Positions 8,983 to 17,612 of a DNA stretch of 64,000 nt are shown piece after piece (the stretch's first letter is position 1; the number at the start of each line of letters is the position of its first letter). The stretch comes from a virus. Taxonomy: Duplodnaviria; Caudoviricetes. The stretch spans positions 160,001 to 224,000 of the IMG/VR virus record IMGVR_UViG_3300034126_000020, one strand, 5' to 3'. Below the pieces are notes generated by a model. The model saw nothing but the letters and a program-made list of their open reading frames with translations. It searched no databases and was not told the origin of the DNA. Position numbers and translations under genes: made by a program.

Positions 8983-11274
8983 TCAGTCGGCGAGCCAGTC
9001 TTCTCCGTCATCTTCTTCATACTCCTCATCGTCATCCTCGTCGATCTTGAGGATGATGCTGTTGGCGTCAGTCGGATCAGGTTGCAGGTTGACTTCGCCT
9101 TTTGGTGTATAGATGTCGCTGATCAAGCGGACGTACTTGCTGTCGACTTGGAAGATCCCCAGCGTCTCGAGGATCATGTAGAAGGACTCCAGGATCTCGT
9201 AGGTGAGACGACGGACGTCGATCTGTGCCATGACCTCATCTGGCATCCCGATGCCCGACAGGATCGACAGAGGCAGCATGAGCGTGCCCATCTTGTCCTT
9301 GCCAGCCCGTTCGCAATACTCGCGCAGGCGTGCACCCAGCTCCTTGTCCGTGTTGTCCACGTGAGTGAGCCATTCCTGCATGTCGGTCTTGTTATTGATC
9401 GCCAGCGGAACCTTAATCACGGAGAACGGTGGGCTTTCTACATGGCCGTACTTCGGTGCAAAGACGTGCTCCCAGAAGTGATAGTGACGATAGTTCGTCT
9501 TCTCACGGAATGGATCTTCCTTGTTCATGTTCGGGTACGATTCCTGAACCTGTGCAGACTTCAGGTAACGGTGTTCCCCGGACTTGATCGAGGTGTAGAT
9601 GTCTTGCTCCAAACGCCACACCAGCAGGTACAGCTCTTCCAGTGTGAACTGACGGTTCTCATCCGCACGGGTCATGACTTCCTTCATGAACGCCTTGGCC
9701 TGCTTGATGATCGCTACCGGCACGGTGGAGGAACGCAGGGCTACGCCTTTGATCTCCATCTCGTAGTCACGGTACACACGGCCTTCACGAGCACTCATGA
9801 ACGCGTAGTAGTGCTTCGCCCGACTGGTCAAGGTAAAGACCGGGAAGGCGTACTCGTTCTTCATGGTGAGGCGGTGTAGGTCTTCCTGAATCACGCCCAT
9901 GTTGGCAGACAGCTTCGCCAGCACGTGCACGATGCATTGGCAAGCCACGAAGGTCGTAGTGTACCAGATGCCGTCACCTTCACGGCTACGCACGTCGCTA
10001 CCGGTGTACCACGTTACCCATTCCTGCGTGGTGAAGATCGTGGAGTCTGTGTCAGACGCCAGTACCACACGACGGAGGATGCCCTTGATGTTCGCTACGG
10101 TTGGAGCCAGCAACACTGGGGTCAGGAACACACGGATGAACTGGAAGTAGTCCTGCAACGTGTTCTGGATGTTAGCCGAGGACTTGGCAACCAGTGCCAG
10201 CTCAGCCGTCATCCCTTTTTCTTTCATGGAGTCGAAGTCTTCACCCCGAGTGATGTCCGCGTTGAGGTACGTGGCCAGCATCTTGGTGTCGTCGTCGAAT
10301 GCCTTGCTGCGAAGCATGGCAAAACCGTCTTCCACTTCCATGGAATCGTTACGTGGCTCGTGTTTGATGATCCGGTCCATGAACCCACGGACAAAACCAT
10401 CGTTGAGCTGGGCAATGTGGTACAGGTCGCCCGTGTACATCACGATCGCACGCTCCAGCGGGGTCAACTTCTCGATCAGGTCAGCGATCTTCTGGAAGTT
10501 GGCCTCGTTGCGCCAGTACAAGTCAGTGCTGCGCTTGATGCACTTGACAGTTTGCTCGGTGGAAGGGTAGACAAAGCCGCAACTGTCCATCACTTGACGG
10601 AATTCCTCGTGCGGTTGGCTCTTGACCAGCGCGAGGATGTTGGCAATCGTTATCTTGGGTGACCAATAGTGTCTTGACCCTGCCAGTAGCTTCTCGTTAC
10701 TGGCGTTACCGTAGCCGGTGGCAGAACGGCACATCGAAGTCAGGCTGGAGTGGCCCGATTTCACGTAGAGAATGTTACCAGTGAAGCCGTGCATGCCAGA
10801 CAGCGAGTTAATCGCGATCTTCTTGGCGTTCTGCTCGGCGTCCTTGATCTTCTCAAGGGTCTCATCCCCTGCTACCTGAGCAAGGAACATCTCGTTCTTG
10901 GCTTTCTTACGTCCTGCGATGCCCGATTCAACGAACTTGGCCGAAGGGGACTTCAACACCTTCGGGTTCTCGTAGCACACCATCGATGGACTGATGATGC
11001 GGTTGGTGTCAGTCACGGTTTTGACGTAGTTGAGCAGGGTCATTTCAGTTTTGACCCGGTTGCCCGGTGATTCTTGTTTCAAGACCAGCATGTTCGGATC
11101 ACGAAGCGGGTACTTCCCACCTCGGGAGAGTGTACGCTTCAGGAACGCCAAGCACTTGTCTTCCGGCTGCCCGGTCATCCGATGCAGATAGTGGGTATTC
11201 TGTTCGAAGTACCCCTTCAACAGATCGAGGTCACGGGTATAGGCTTCCTTCGGAAGTACAAACGGATTTTCCAT
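8983..11274 (-). CDS. Family-B DNA polymerase, phiKZ gp50-like (763 aa)
   Basis: KKIAINSLSG (motif B KxxxNSxxG), LASDTDS (motif C) and EIKGV motif. Start moved to MENPF at 11274, after the upstream terminator. Confidence 0.92.
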   Translation of the reverse strand: MENPFVLPKEAYTRDLDLLKGYFEQNTHYLHRMTGQPEDKCLAFLKRTLSRGGKYPLRDPNMLVLKQESPGNRVKTEMTLLNYVKTVTDTNRIISPSMVCYENPKVLKSPSAKFVESGIAGRKKAKNEMFLAQVAGDETLEKIKDAEQNAKKIAINSLSGMHGFTGNILYVKSGHSSLTSMCRSATGYGNASNEKLLAGSRHYWSPKITIANILALVKSQPHEEFRQVMDSCGFVYPSTEQTVKCIKRSTDLYWRNEANFQKIADLIEKLTPLERAIVMYTGDLYHIAQLNDGFVRGFMDRIIKHEPRNDSMEVEDGFAMLRSKAFDDDTKMLATYLNADITRGEDFDSMKEKGMTAELALVAKSSANIQNTLQDYFQFIRVFLTPVLLAPTVANIKGILRRVVLASDTDSTIFTTQEWVTWYTGSDVRSREGDGIWYTTTFVACQCIVHVLAKLSANMGVIQEDLHRLTMKNEYAFPVFTLTSRAKHYYAFMSAREGRVYRDYEMEIKGVALRSSTVPVAIIKQAKAFMKEVMTRADENRQFTLEELYLLVWRLEQDIYTSIKSGEHRYLKSAQVQESYPNMNKEDPFREKTNYRHYHFWEHVFAPKYGHVESPPFSVIKVPLAINNKTDMQEWLTHVDNTDKELGARLREYCERAGKDKMGTLMLPLSILSGIGMPDEVMAQIDVRRLTYEILESFYMILETLGIFQVDSKYVRLISDIYTPKGEVNLQPDPTDANSIILKIDEDDDEEYEEDDGEDWLAD

Positions 11275-11290
11275 CAGTTGGGCCCTTGAT

Positions 11291-11345
11291 ACGGCAAAAG
11301 AAAAAGAAAGGGAGGATCGCTCATAATAGAGCAACCCTCCGTTTT
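11291..11345 (-). terminator. Hairpin + U-tract upstream of DNA polymerase
   Basis: Minus strand reads GGAGGG..GCTC TATTAT GAGC..CCTCCC TTTCTTTTTCTTTTGCCGT. Confidence 0.65.
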
Positions 11346-11833
11346 TATTCACTGAAGTTCACGAACGTGTAAACGACAGTGTCTTCTTCCCGCATTGGGA
11401 CTACCTCGGTAAGAACGAAGCCATCTTCCTGTGCCTGGATCAGGCGGAGCGTGTCAAACCCATGGGGTCGGATGCCGCAGTTGTGGAAGTTGACCACCTC
11501 ATCGAGGAAGTCTTGCGCTACAGCATCATCGAAGTTGCTGTAGATGTCGTCCATGTGGGCTTCGGTGTACGCGGTGTCACCATTCTCCTCATGGATCATG
11601 ATGTCAACGTGCAAGGCCGGGTGACACATGGCAATCATGTCATTGTGCACTTGCTCAGTGACGCGGTGTTTGTGCGTCACCTTCTCAACCGCTTCAAGAA
11701 AGTCGCCGTACGCCTTGAAAAACTCATCGTCAAACGGGAACAGGATGTGGTTCTCCGTCCCCGCTTCGAATTGCAAACGCTTTGGGCGACGGGGAGGCCA
11801 CTTAATACTCGATCTTGAAATCCTTGATGCCAT
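11345..11833 (-). CDS. Small protein, member of putative tandem paralogue array
   Basis: N-terminal strand HILFPFDDEF; C-terminal hairpin LRLIQAQEDGFVLTEV; start uncertain. Confidence 0.65.
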   Translation of the reverse strand: MASRISRSSIKWPPRRPKRLQFEAGTENHILFPFDDEFFKAYGDFLEAVEKVTHKHRVTEQVHNDMIAMCHPALHVDIMIHEENGDTAYTEAHMDDIYSNFDDAVAQDFLDEVVNFHNCGIRPHGFDTLRLIQAQEDGFVLTEVVPMREEDTVVYTFVNFSE

Positions 11834-12194
11834 TTTGGAGAAGTGCCTCGCGCACGAGTTGTTCGGTCGAATCACTGACACTGCCCACTGTAACAACCAG
11901 CTTGCGGTCGGTGATAACCTCAATGGTGTTTAGGTCGATCCACGGCACACCCAGGACTTCAACAGCCCCGTTGCCGTAGCGCAACTTCACGTAACTGTAC
12001 GAACCTGCCGACTGGGGCAGGGTGGTCAAATAGTTCTTGACCTGGCTGTGCTTGGACTTGACATCGGAAATCAACTGGGCCGTGTCGAGGTCCAAGTCCG
12101 CAGCCACAATGGTGACGTTATCGCGGTTGGCCCCGAGGATGTTCGGGACCAGCGTGTTGAAGCGAACCGTCTTACCTTTGTAATCGGTGATCAT
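11802..12194 (-). CDS. Conserved beta-rich protein (130 aa), phiKZ gp49-like by position
   Basis: GAGGA SD before ATG 12194; pattern differs from the neighbouring array members. Confidence 0.7.
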   Translation of the reverse strand: MITDYKGKTVRFNTLVPNILGANRDNVTIVAADLDLDTAQLISDVKSKHSQVKNYLTTLPQSAGSYSYVKLRYGNGAVEVLGVPWIDLNTIEVITDRKLVVTVGSVSDSTEQLVREALLQNGIKDFKIEY

Positions 12195-12492
12195 GCGGAT
12201 GTTCCTCAATGATTAAAACGAATGTCCCTTCTGTGTCCACTACTTCCACGTCAACCCACTGCCTGTGTGAGAGTGCGCTGAAGGAGCGGTCTTGGCGGAT
12301 TCGTGCCAACCATTCACCATGATGCCGCAGGTCTTCCCTGAGGGCTATGAAGAACGCGTGGAGGATCAAATCCCTCACGTAACGGCGAACCGCACTGGGC
12401 AGTTCCTCGTCATGTGGCAAATCTGGGTCGAGGGAGTAGCAGACCTCGGGCAGGAGGTCAGCCAGAACCTCTGATGTGTTGATGACAATCAT
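12172..12492 (-). CDS. Small protein, putative paralogue array member (106 aa)
   Basis: MIVINTSEVL ... VDVEVVDTEGTFVLII. Confidence 0.65.
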   Translation of the reverse strand: MIVINTSEVLADLLPEVCYSLDPDLPHDEELPSAVRRYVRDLILHAFFIALREDLRHHGEWLARIRQDRSFSALSHRQWVDVEVVDTEGTFVLIIEEHPHDHRLQR

Positions 12493-12501
12493 GGGTGGTC
12501 C

Positions 12502-12858
12502 TTAGCGCACAACGACGATCAAGGCCTCTTCTTCGGGGTAGTACGCGGCATGTACAACGCTGCGTCTATCCAGTCCAGGAGTTGCACGGTCTATCGCACA
12601 GTAGAGGTTGATCATAGCATTTCTCAGCGCTATGAAGTTGTCTTGGGCATCTTCCTGCTCTTCTCGTGTGGAGCCGGGGTAGACGGGGTACATCGGTTTG
12701 CAGTAGTTATCTACCGCGACCTCACCCCTCCGGCACCAGTCAGCATAGAACGAATACATTTCGTCCATCACATACGAGTGGTCCATGACTTGGGACAAGT
12801 CGGTTAAAAAGGCTTCGTGTATCTCGCCTCCATTGAAGATCATGCTACGCTCAGCCAT
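12502..12858 (-). CDS. Small protein, putative paralogue array member (118 aa)
   Basis: SMIFNGGEIH ... VHAAYYPEEEALIVVVR. Confidence 0.7.
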   Translation of the reverse strand: MAERSMIFNGGEIHEAFLTDLSQVMDHSYVMDEMYSFYADWCRRGEVAVDNYCKPMYPVYPGSTREEQEDAQDNFIALRNAMINLYCAIDRATPGLDRRSVVHAAYYPEEEALIVVVR

Positions 12859-13201
12859 TGGATATTCTCACAACGAGTGAGCCGTCTGACGCGTCGTAAG
12901 CTACCAGTTCAGTGAACAGATGCTCAAGTCTACGGAAGCGGCTCAGTTGGTCTGCAAAGTCAGAGAATACGGGAATGACCAGCTCGTAAGCTTCATCGAC
13001 TTCCAGCATTAGCTGGTCACGAAGGGCATTCCGATTCGCAGACTCTCTCATCCAATAACTGAGTACTTGGCCATATTCAATCGCGATCGTGTTCTTGATG
13101 ACGCCCCGTAATACTGAGGACACCGTGGCGGCCAGCAGTTTTCGATTGATACTTAGGAGCCAGTTTCCTTCGACGGGGATACACAATACTAGCGGGATCA
13201 A
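12851..13201 (-). CDS. Small protein, putative paralogue array member (116 aa, TTG start)
   Basis: AGGAG SD 9 nt before TTG 13201; VLCIPVEG ... LVAYDASDGSLVVRI. Confidence 0.65.
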   Translation of the reverse strand: MIPLVLCIPVEGNWLLSINRKLLAATVSSVLRGVIKNTIAIEYGQVLSYWMRESANRNALRDQLMLEVDEAYELVIPVFSDFADQLSRFRRLEHLFTELVAYDASDGSLVVRISNG

Positions 13202-13541
13202 CGGTGGGGTCTCCTGTTGTTCGCGGGGTAATCTCGACAATGGCAGAATCATCATCAAACACCTCCACCAGTTGGAAGTCACCTAACTGATCGACGAAGT
13301 GACTGGTCGAGTGGGACAGATCTTCGACGACGTCATGGATGATGCTGGCCAGCTCTGACTGGATCGACTCGGGAAGCCGGTCATTCATCATGGGCTCGTT
13401 CATCATGTCAGAATGACGATGGAGCCTTCCAGCGGCGGCGGATAGGTACGCGAATAGTTGGTCGAGTGACAGGCCTGTGGCCTCCAGTACCCGAGCCACA
13501 TTCTGTAAGAACTCGCCACTGGTTTCCAAGGTGATAATCAC
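13077..13541 (-). CDS. Small protein, putative paralogue array member (GTG start)
   Basis: IITLETSGEF ... LVEVFDDDSAIVEI; start inferred from the shared pattern. Confidence 0.55.
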   Translation of the reverse strand: MIITLETSGEFLQNVARVLEATGLSLDQLFAYLSAAAGRLHRHSDMMNEPMMNDRLPESIQSELASIIHDVVEDLSHSTSHFVDQLGDFQLVEVFDDDSAIVEITPRTTGDPTVDPASIVYPRRRKLAPKYQSKTAGRHGVLSITGRHQEHDRD

Positions 13542-13923
13542 TTTGGTCTCGGGAGGCTTGGATGTAGAGATCTTCGTCGGGCTCCCAGTAGACAACCTTG
13601 AGGAGGCTGAATGGCTTCCGAGTGCGCCAATTCTGACCTGATCCAGAAGATTTATCGGTAGTCTCATAAAAAGTCCTGAGGTTATCAAAGAGGGTGTAGA
13701 AGGTGGAGTAGATGTCGTCGCACCACCAGTTCAGTTCCTCTTCCATATCCGGATTGTTGTCGTTGATGTCCTCCAGATAGAAGGCGTCATCGAAGACAAA
13801 ATACGCGATGGCGGCATAGAGTAAAGCTGAGGCACCAATGTGATCGGCTAACTTCTTGCCGAGCATATCGAATGCCTCATCATACGGTAGATTCAAAGCG
13901 ATTGAGCTTATTCCAGTCGACAA
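13408..13923 (-). CDS. Small acidic protein, putative paralogue array member (TTG start)
   Basis: GAGGTG SD before TTG 13923; SIALNLPYDEAF ... KVVYWEPDEDLYIQ. Confidence 0.65.
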   Translation of the reverse strand: MSTGISSIALNLPYDEAFDMLGKKLADHIGASALLYAAIAYFVFDDAFYLEDINDNNPDMEEELNWWCDDIYSTFYTLFDNLRTFYETTDKSSGSGQNWRTRKPFSLLKVVYWEPDEDLYIQASRDQSDYHLGNQWRVLTECGSGTGGHRPVTRPTIRVPIRRRWKAPSSF

Positions 13924-14368
13924 CTCGTCTCACCTCTATTACCATTACGCCATCACAGTATTCAAGAACCCGGCAATCGGAACAAGCATTCCTGAGCAGG
14001 CCCTTGAAGCAGGCTTGCATGATACTGTTGACAGCGTGGATATTCATGCGCTCAGCAGCAAGTACTGATTCACGCACGCGGTTTATCCATGAACGGCCGG
14101 CTCGGGTGTCAAGCACATCTCGGGCAATGATGGCACAGTTGATCATCTCGACCATAGGAATCATGATGCCAATCTTGCCCAATCGCCTGTAATGGCGTTT
14201 GAACTCATCATGATCCATAGGCGATTCAATCAGGACGTACTGGGTGTGGTCGGGCGCCTGCCCTACCGTCACCCGACTCACTGTGTATGGCTCATAGGCC
14301 CGAGGATATAAGCTCTTCGAGCGCTCGACGTAACCGTTCAGGATAGAAATCTCCCTGCGCTTGAGCAT
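13880..14368 (-). CDS. Small protein, putative paralogue array member (162 aa)
   Basis: AAGGA SD; YVLIESPMDHDEF ... RVLEYCDGVMVIEV. Confidence 0.65.
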   Translation of the reverse strand: MLKRREISILNGYVERSKSLYPRAYEPYTVSRVTVGQAPDHTQYVLIESPMDHDEFKRHYRRLGKIGIMIPMVEMINCAIIARDVLDTRAGRSWINRVRESVLAAERMNIHAVNSIMQACFKGLLRNACSDCRVLEYCDGVMVIEVRRVVDWNKLNRFESTV

Positions 14369-14735
14369 GGTTGAAGTCTTCCTTTAATCGGTGGCTAGGC
14401 TTTGGCACCGGGCGAGGACGTTGCTCCACGAACAAGGATTCGTTCAGTGGATGGTACTCCAGTTCAAGGGAGTACTTTTTAAGATCAGTCCCGGTTTCAA
14501 CCAACCGGCGGAATTGATCTACAATGTCATCGACAGGGGAGTAGTCTGAAAGGTTGCCCTTAACCGACTCGATCACATCATCAACCAACGTGGCTGATTC
14601 AGTCCGGTTGTATGAATGAACCATCGCTATCACAGCTTTGGTCACGGTAGAGGAAAAGCATGAGCCATGCTGCTCAAGGAACATCTCCCTGAGCATCGTC
14701 TCAACTTCCCCAGTGGAGACTAGGAATGTTGTCAT
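14292..14735 (-). CDS. Small protein, putative paralogue array member (147 aa)
   Basis: TTFLVSTGEV ... LELEYHPLNESLFVE. Confidence 0.7.
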   Translation of the reverse strand: MTTFLVSTGEVETMLREMFLEQHGSCFSSTVTKAVIAMVHSYNRTESATLVDDVIESVKGNLSDYSPVDDIVDQFRRLVETGTDLKKYSLELEYHPLNESLFVEQRPRPVPKPSHRLKEDFNHAQAQGDFYPERLRRALEELISSGL

Positions 14736-14746
14736 CTGAGCACCTG

Positions 14747-15355
14747 TTACTGACGGCTGAGCTGCTCCATGTACATGCGCTTGACTTCGTCACGGATGAC
14801 CGGGTTGTGAATGTCCTTGAATGTTTCACGAATGCAGTAGTCAATGTACTCACTGTATTCTTCAAGGTCGTCCACTTCACGCACCATCTTCGGCGGAGTG
14901 AGGCGCTTGACTTGGCGGAGCAAGTCCTTATACCGTTGTAGCAGTGGGTCACTTTTTACCTCGATGATGAGGTCTTCAGTGAACTTCACGTGCCGGAACT
15001 CTACCTGACGAGTCCCGATGTTCTTCAAGATCGTGTTGATCATCGGATCGATGGTCATCATGATGGCCATGAAGTGCTCATCGCACTCCGCGCACAGATC
15101 GTCCACTTCATCGTGGGACATTGCACGCGTTGGATACCCCAATGCCTTGATCAGTATTTCGAGCGGGTCTGGCTTTCTCCGAAGGTGTCGCATGGACATC
15201 TGGATATAAGCTTGCGCGAAAGCCGCAGCGGCTTCCACCAGAACCTCATTTCTACGCGGACCACTGCTCTCGACTGTATGACCTCGTGGCCACAAGTCCA
15301 GTGTATCGTCGAGGTAAGACACTACCTCTGAAATGGGAACTGAGATGTTCTGCAC
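14747..15355 (-). CDS. Protein, putative paralogue array member (202 aa, GTG start)
   Basis: GGAG SD; NISVPISEVV ... FRHVKFTEDLIIEV, plus a helical C-terminal extension. Confidence 0.7.
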   Translation of the reverse strand: MQNISVPISEVVSYLDDTLDLWPRGHTVESSGPRRNEVLVEAAAAFAQAYIQMSMRHLRRKPDPLEILIKALGYPTRAMSHDEVDDLCAECDEHFMAIMMTIDPMINTILKNIGTRQVEFRHVKFTEDLIIEVKSDPLLQRYKDLLRQVKRLTPPKMVREVDDLEEYSEYIDYCIRETFKDIHNPVIRDEVKRMYMEQLSRQ

Positions 15356-15359
15356 GGTT

Positions 15360-15704
15360 TCACTCCAAACTAAGTCTTTTTCTTTTGACCATGACCAGGA
15401 TCTCGTTGGTCATTTCGATCGCTACGACGTAACGTTGCAAGTGCGCGATTACGTTTCTATCCAGCTGATCGACGAATGTCATCCCACACCGGTCCTGAAG
15501 AGCATGGATCTGTCGGTACTGGCTGTCCAACGATTTGCACCGTGGGGTAGATGAGACTAAAGTCATTCCGGTTTTCTCAACCAGCTCTCGTTCGATCACA
15601 TACTGCCATGCAAGCAACGATAGTTCTCCACCCTCGTCAATGGTACCAATGAGGAACGAAACGTCGAACACGAGCGCTGTAGGGCCCTTAAATTCGATGT
15701 TCAT
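15360..15704 (-). CDS. Small protein, putative paralogue array member (114 aa)
   Basis: GAGGGG SD; ALVFDVSFLI ... YVVAIEMTNEILVMV. Confidence 0.7.
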   Translation of the reverse strand: MNIEFKGPTALVFDVSFLIGTIDEGGELSLLAWQYVIERELVEKTGMTLVSSTPRCKSLDSQYRQIHALQDRCGMTFVDQLDRNVIAHLQRYVVAIEMTNEILVMVKRKRLSLE

Positions 15705-15746
15705 ACATGTCCCCTCAAAGGATACCGGGTGTTGGTATTTAAAGAC

Positions 15747-15790
15747 CTAAAAAATAACCCACTGAGAGCAGGGAAGTCCCTGCTCTCATT
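15747..15790 (-). terminator. Rho-independent terminator
   Basis: Minus strand reads TGAGAGCAGGGA CT TCCCTGCTCTCA then GTGGGTTATTTTTT. Confidence 0.7.
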
Positions 15791-15798
15791 ATGGAGTG

Positions 15799-16008
15799 TC
15801 ACCCCAAGCTCGGCCAACCATCATTACCGATCGGGTCGGACTTGTTCAGCGCAGGACCGTGCTTCTCGAAGCTGTAGCGCTCTTCAGGGAACTGATGGTG
15901 CCACTCGCCATTCTTGCAGCGGCCACATTCGTAGCCAGGACCCGTTTGCTGAGTCGCATGGATGTTGTCGACTTGGCCACAGGTCTCACATTCAAACACG
16001 TCGGTCAT
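15799..16008 (-). CDS. Small putative zinc-ribbon protein (69 aa)
   Basis: CETC ... CGRC pairs; AAGGAAGG SD. Confidence 0.65.
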   Translation of the reverse strand: MTDVFECETCGQVDNIHATQQTGPGYECGRCKNGEWHHQFPEERYSFEKHGPALNKSDPIGNDGWPSLG

Positions 16009-16046
16009 GATTCTTTCCTTCCTTAAAGGGTTCTGTATACACCTTG

Positions 16047-16073
16047 ATGATGTATGGCTTCAAAAGTTTGCAG
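16047..16073 (-). promoter_or_regulatory. Putative phage early promoter motif
   Basis: CTGCAA-ACTTTTGAAGCCA-TACATCAT, upstream of the 69-aa ORF. Confidence 0.5.
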
Positions 16074-16395
16074 GTACACGAACCCGGCGTTGTCCACGCA
16101 TTACTGGTTGATCGGGGGTGACGTCGTAGTAGTCGTAGATGCCCACCACGCGGTTATCTTCCGTGACATAGGCATAGTCACAGAGTTTGTCTTGGCGATT
16201 GGCCTGACAGGCCTCCAGAGCCTCTACAAGGGAAGGGTAAGGAGGGCTGGTCTGCACCAGACGCTTAGCCGAATGCTGAGCCACGTATTCCTTATCTTTA
16301 AGCTCCTTGTCTTCACGGGCTTTGTTTTCAGTCTCAGCCCGCAGTTCCAGATCCTGACGATAGGCTTCCAGTGGACTCAGCAACGACTTGGTCAT
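16060..16395 (-). CDS. Hypothetical protein (111 aa)
   Basis: ORF directly abutting the upstream gene; AGGA SD. Confidence 0.6.
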   Translation of the reverse strand: MTKSLLSPLEAYRQDLELRAETENKAREDKELKDKEYVAQHSAKRLVQTSPPYPSLVEALEACQANRQDKLCDYAYVTEDNRVVGIYDYYDVTPDQPVMRGQRRVRVPANF

Positions 16396-16809
16396 TTACG
16401 TTTCCTTCTTAAACAGGTCAGTGAGGTATTCGTTCCCGAACGGTGAATCGCTATCGGAGGCCTTGCCGACTGGCTTGATGGACTGATAGTAGTAGTAGTT
16501 CGGGTTGATGTGTGGGAACCACGTCTTGAGCTTCTCAACCGACCGCTTCGGACTGACGTCGTAGTCATGGATCATGTAGTCCACGCCTTTGAACGTCATG
16601 CCGATGCTGTAGTTGACCGAACCGTCTTCCATCTCGTGCTTGACCATGATAGCGCAGCAAGGCGCGTCATCTTGTTTCCACACGAGTTCGTTGTACGGTT
16701 CAAGCAAGGCATGGATCTGCTTATCTTCACTGTTGGACAGGAACATAAGCAGATCCACCAAGGACGCCGTGGAGTCTGCTGCGTGCAGGACGGTCGTCAG
16801 TTTGATCAT
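16396..16809 (-). CDS. Hypothetical protein (137 aa)
   Basis: ATGA overlap with the upstream stop. Confidence 0.65.
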   Translation of the reverse strand: MIKLTTVLHAADSTASLVDLLMFLSNSEDKQIHALLEPYNELVWKQDDAPCCAIMVKHEMEDGSVNYSIGMTFKGVDYMIHDYDVSPKRSVEKLKTWFPHINPNYYYYQSIKPVGKASDSDSPFGNEYLTDLFKKET

Positions 16810-17612
16810 TCGGCTTTCTCAACCGGCAGAGTCGTGTAGGTAGGGCTGAACTGACTTGGAGAAGTCTCGATCGTCGATTCCGAGATGATGCCGACGTCAG
16901 GACTGCGTGGATGTACGCGTGGACCACGGAAGAGTGGGCGTGGTTCAGTCTGACTGCTGTCTCGCCAGGTCTTGACCACTTTCAGAGGAGACCAAGCCAA
17001 CAGGATGTCAGCTTGAGTCGCAGCCTTGTTCTCTTCGAAGTGCACGGTTCGCCACTTACCTTCACCGTCCAGCAATTGAAGGGAACCCTTCTTGCCATTG
17101 CGCAGGTAGTTAATCTGCACCAGCTCATTAATGGTCAGAAGCTCAGGGAGCATCTCGCCGACTGGCATGAGTTGGTGGTTGAGAATGGTGTCACGCAGAC
17201 CCATGTACAACAGCATGTTCTTGAACACCTTGCGGCGGATTTTACGCGGCTTGCTGCCCAGATGGATGCGATTCTTCTCACGCATCTTGGCCTTGAGCTT
17301 CTTGCCAGCCCAGCCGATCAGGAGATCTTGCTCCGTCACGTTCTCACGATCAAACATGGCCATGTAATCTTTGCCGGCACGTTTGGCGTACTTCATCAAC
17401 TTGGCTTGGAAGTTGGACTTCGTAGCGCAAAGGTTGCTTGGGTACTTGGTGTCTTGGCGAAGAATACCGCGCCACAGTTGACGCCGGTACAGTTCAACGT
17501 TATTCAGATAACTCATCTTGCGGGGTTCCTTGATGGAGTAGCCGCTGAGGCCGTGCTTGTTTCGAAGCACGACCCCATCAGCGCCAATAGAGAGGTTAGA
17601 GTGGAAGTCCAT
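16806..17612 (-). CDS. Hypothetical basic protein (268 aa)
   Basis: TGATG coupling with the upstream gene; Lys/Arg-rich core. Confidence 0.65.
   Translation of the reverse strand: MDFHSNLSIGADGVVLRNKHGLSGYSIKEPRKMSYLNNVELYRRQLWRGILRQDTKYPSNLCATKSNFQAKLMKYAKRAGKDYMAMFDRENVTEQDLLIGWAGKKLKAKMREKNRIHLGSKPRKIRRKVFKNMLLYMGLRDTILNHQLMPVGEMLPELLTINELVQINYLRNGKKGSLQLLDGEGKWRTVHFEENKAATQADILLAWSPLKVVKTWRDSSQTEPRPLFRGPRVHPRSPDVGIISESTIETSPSQFSPTYTTLPVEKAE

Noticed and set aside
11275-11352. N-terminal extensions given by the ORF track (DNA polymerase, PhuZ, terminase, sheath, gp182-like and others)
   Set aside because: The extensions run through terminators or promoter motifs, and internal ATGs have clear SD sequences, so the starts were moved.
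12851-13923. One frameshifted pseudogene explaining the overlapping ORFs
   Set aside because: Each ORF contains a complete copy of the shared strand-helix-hairpin pattern and two have their own SD, so separate genes fit better. A read check is still advisable.
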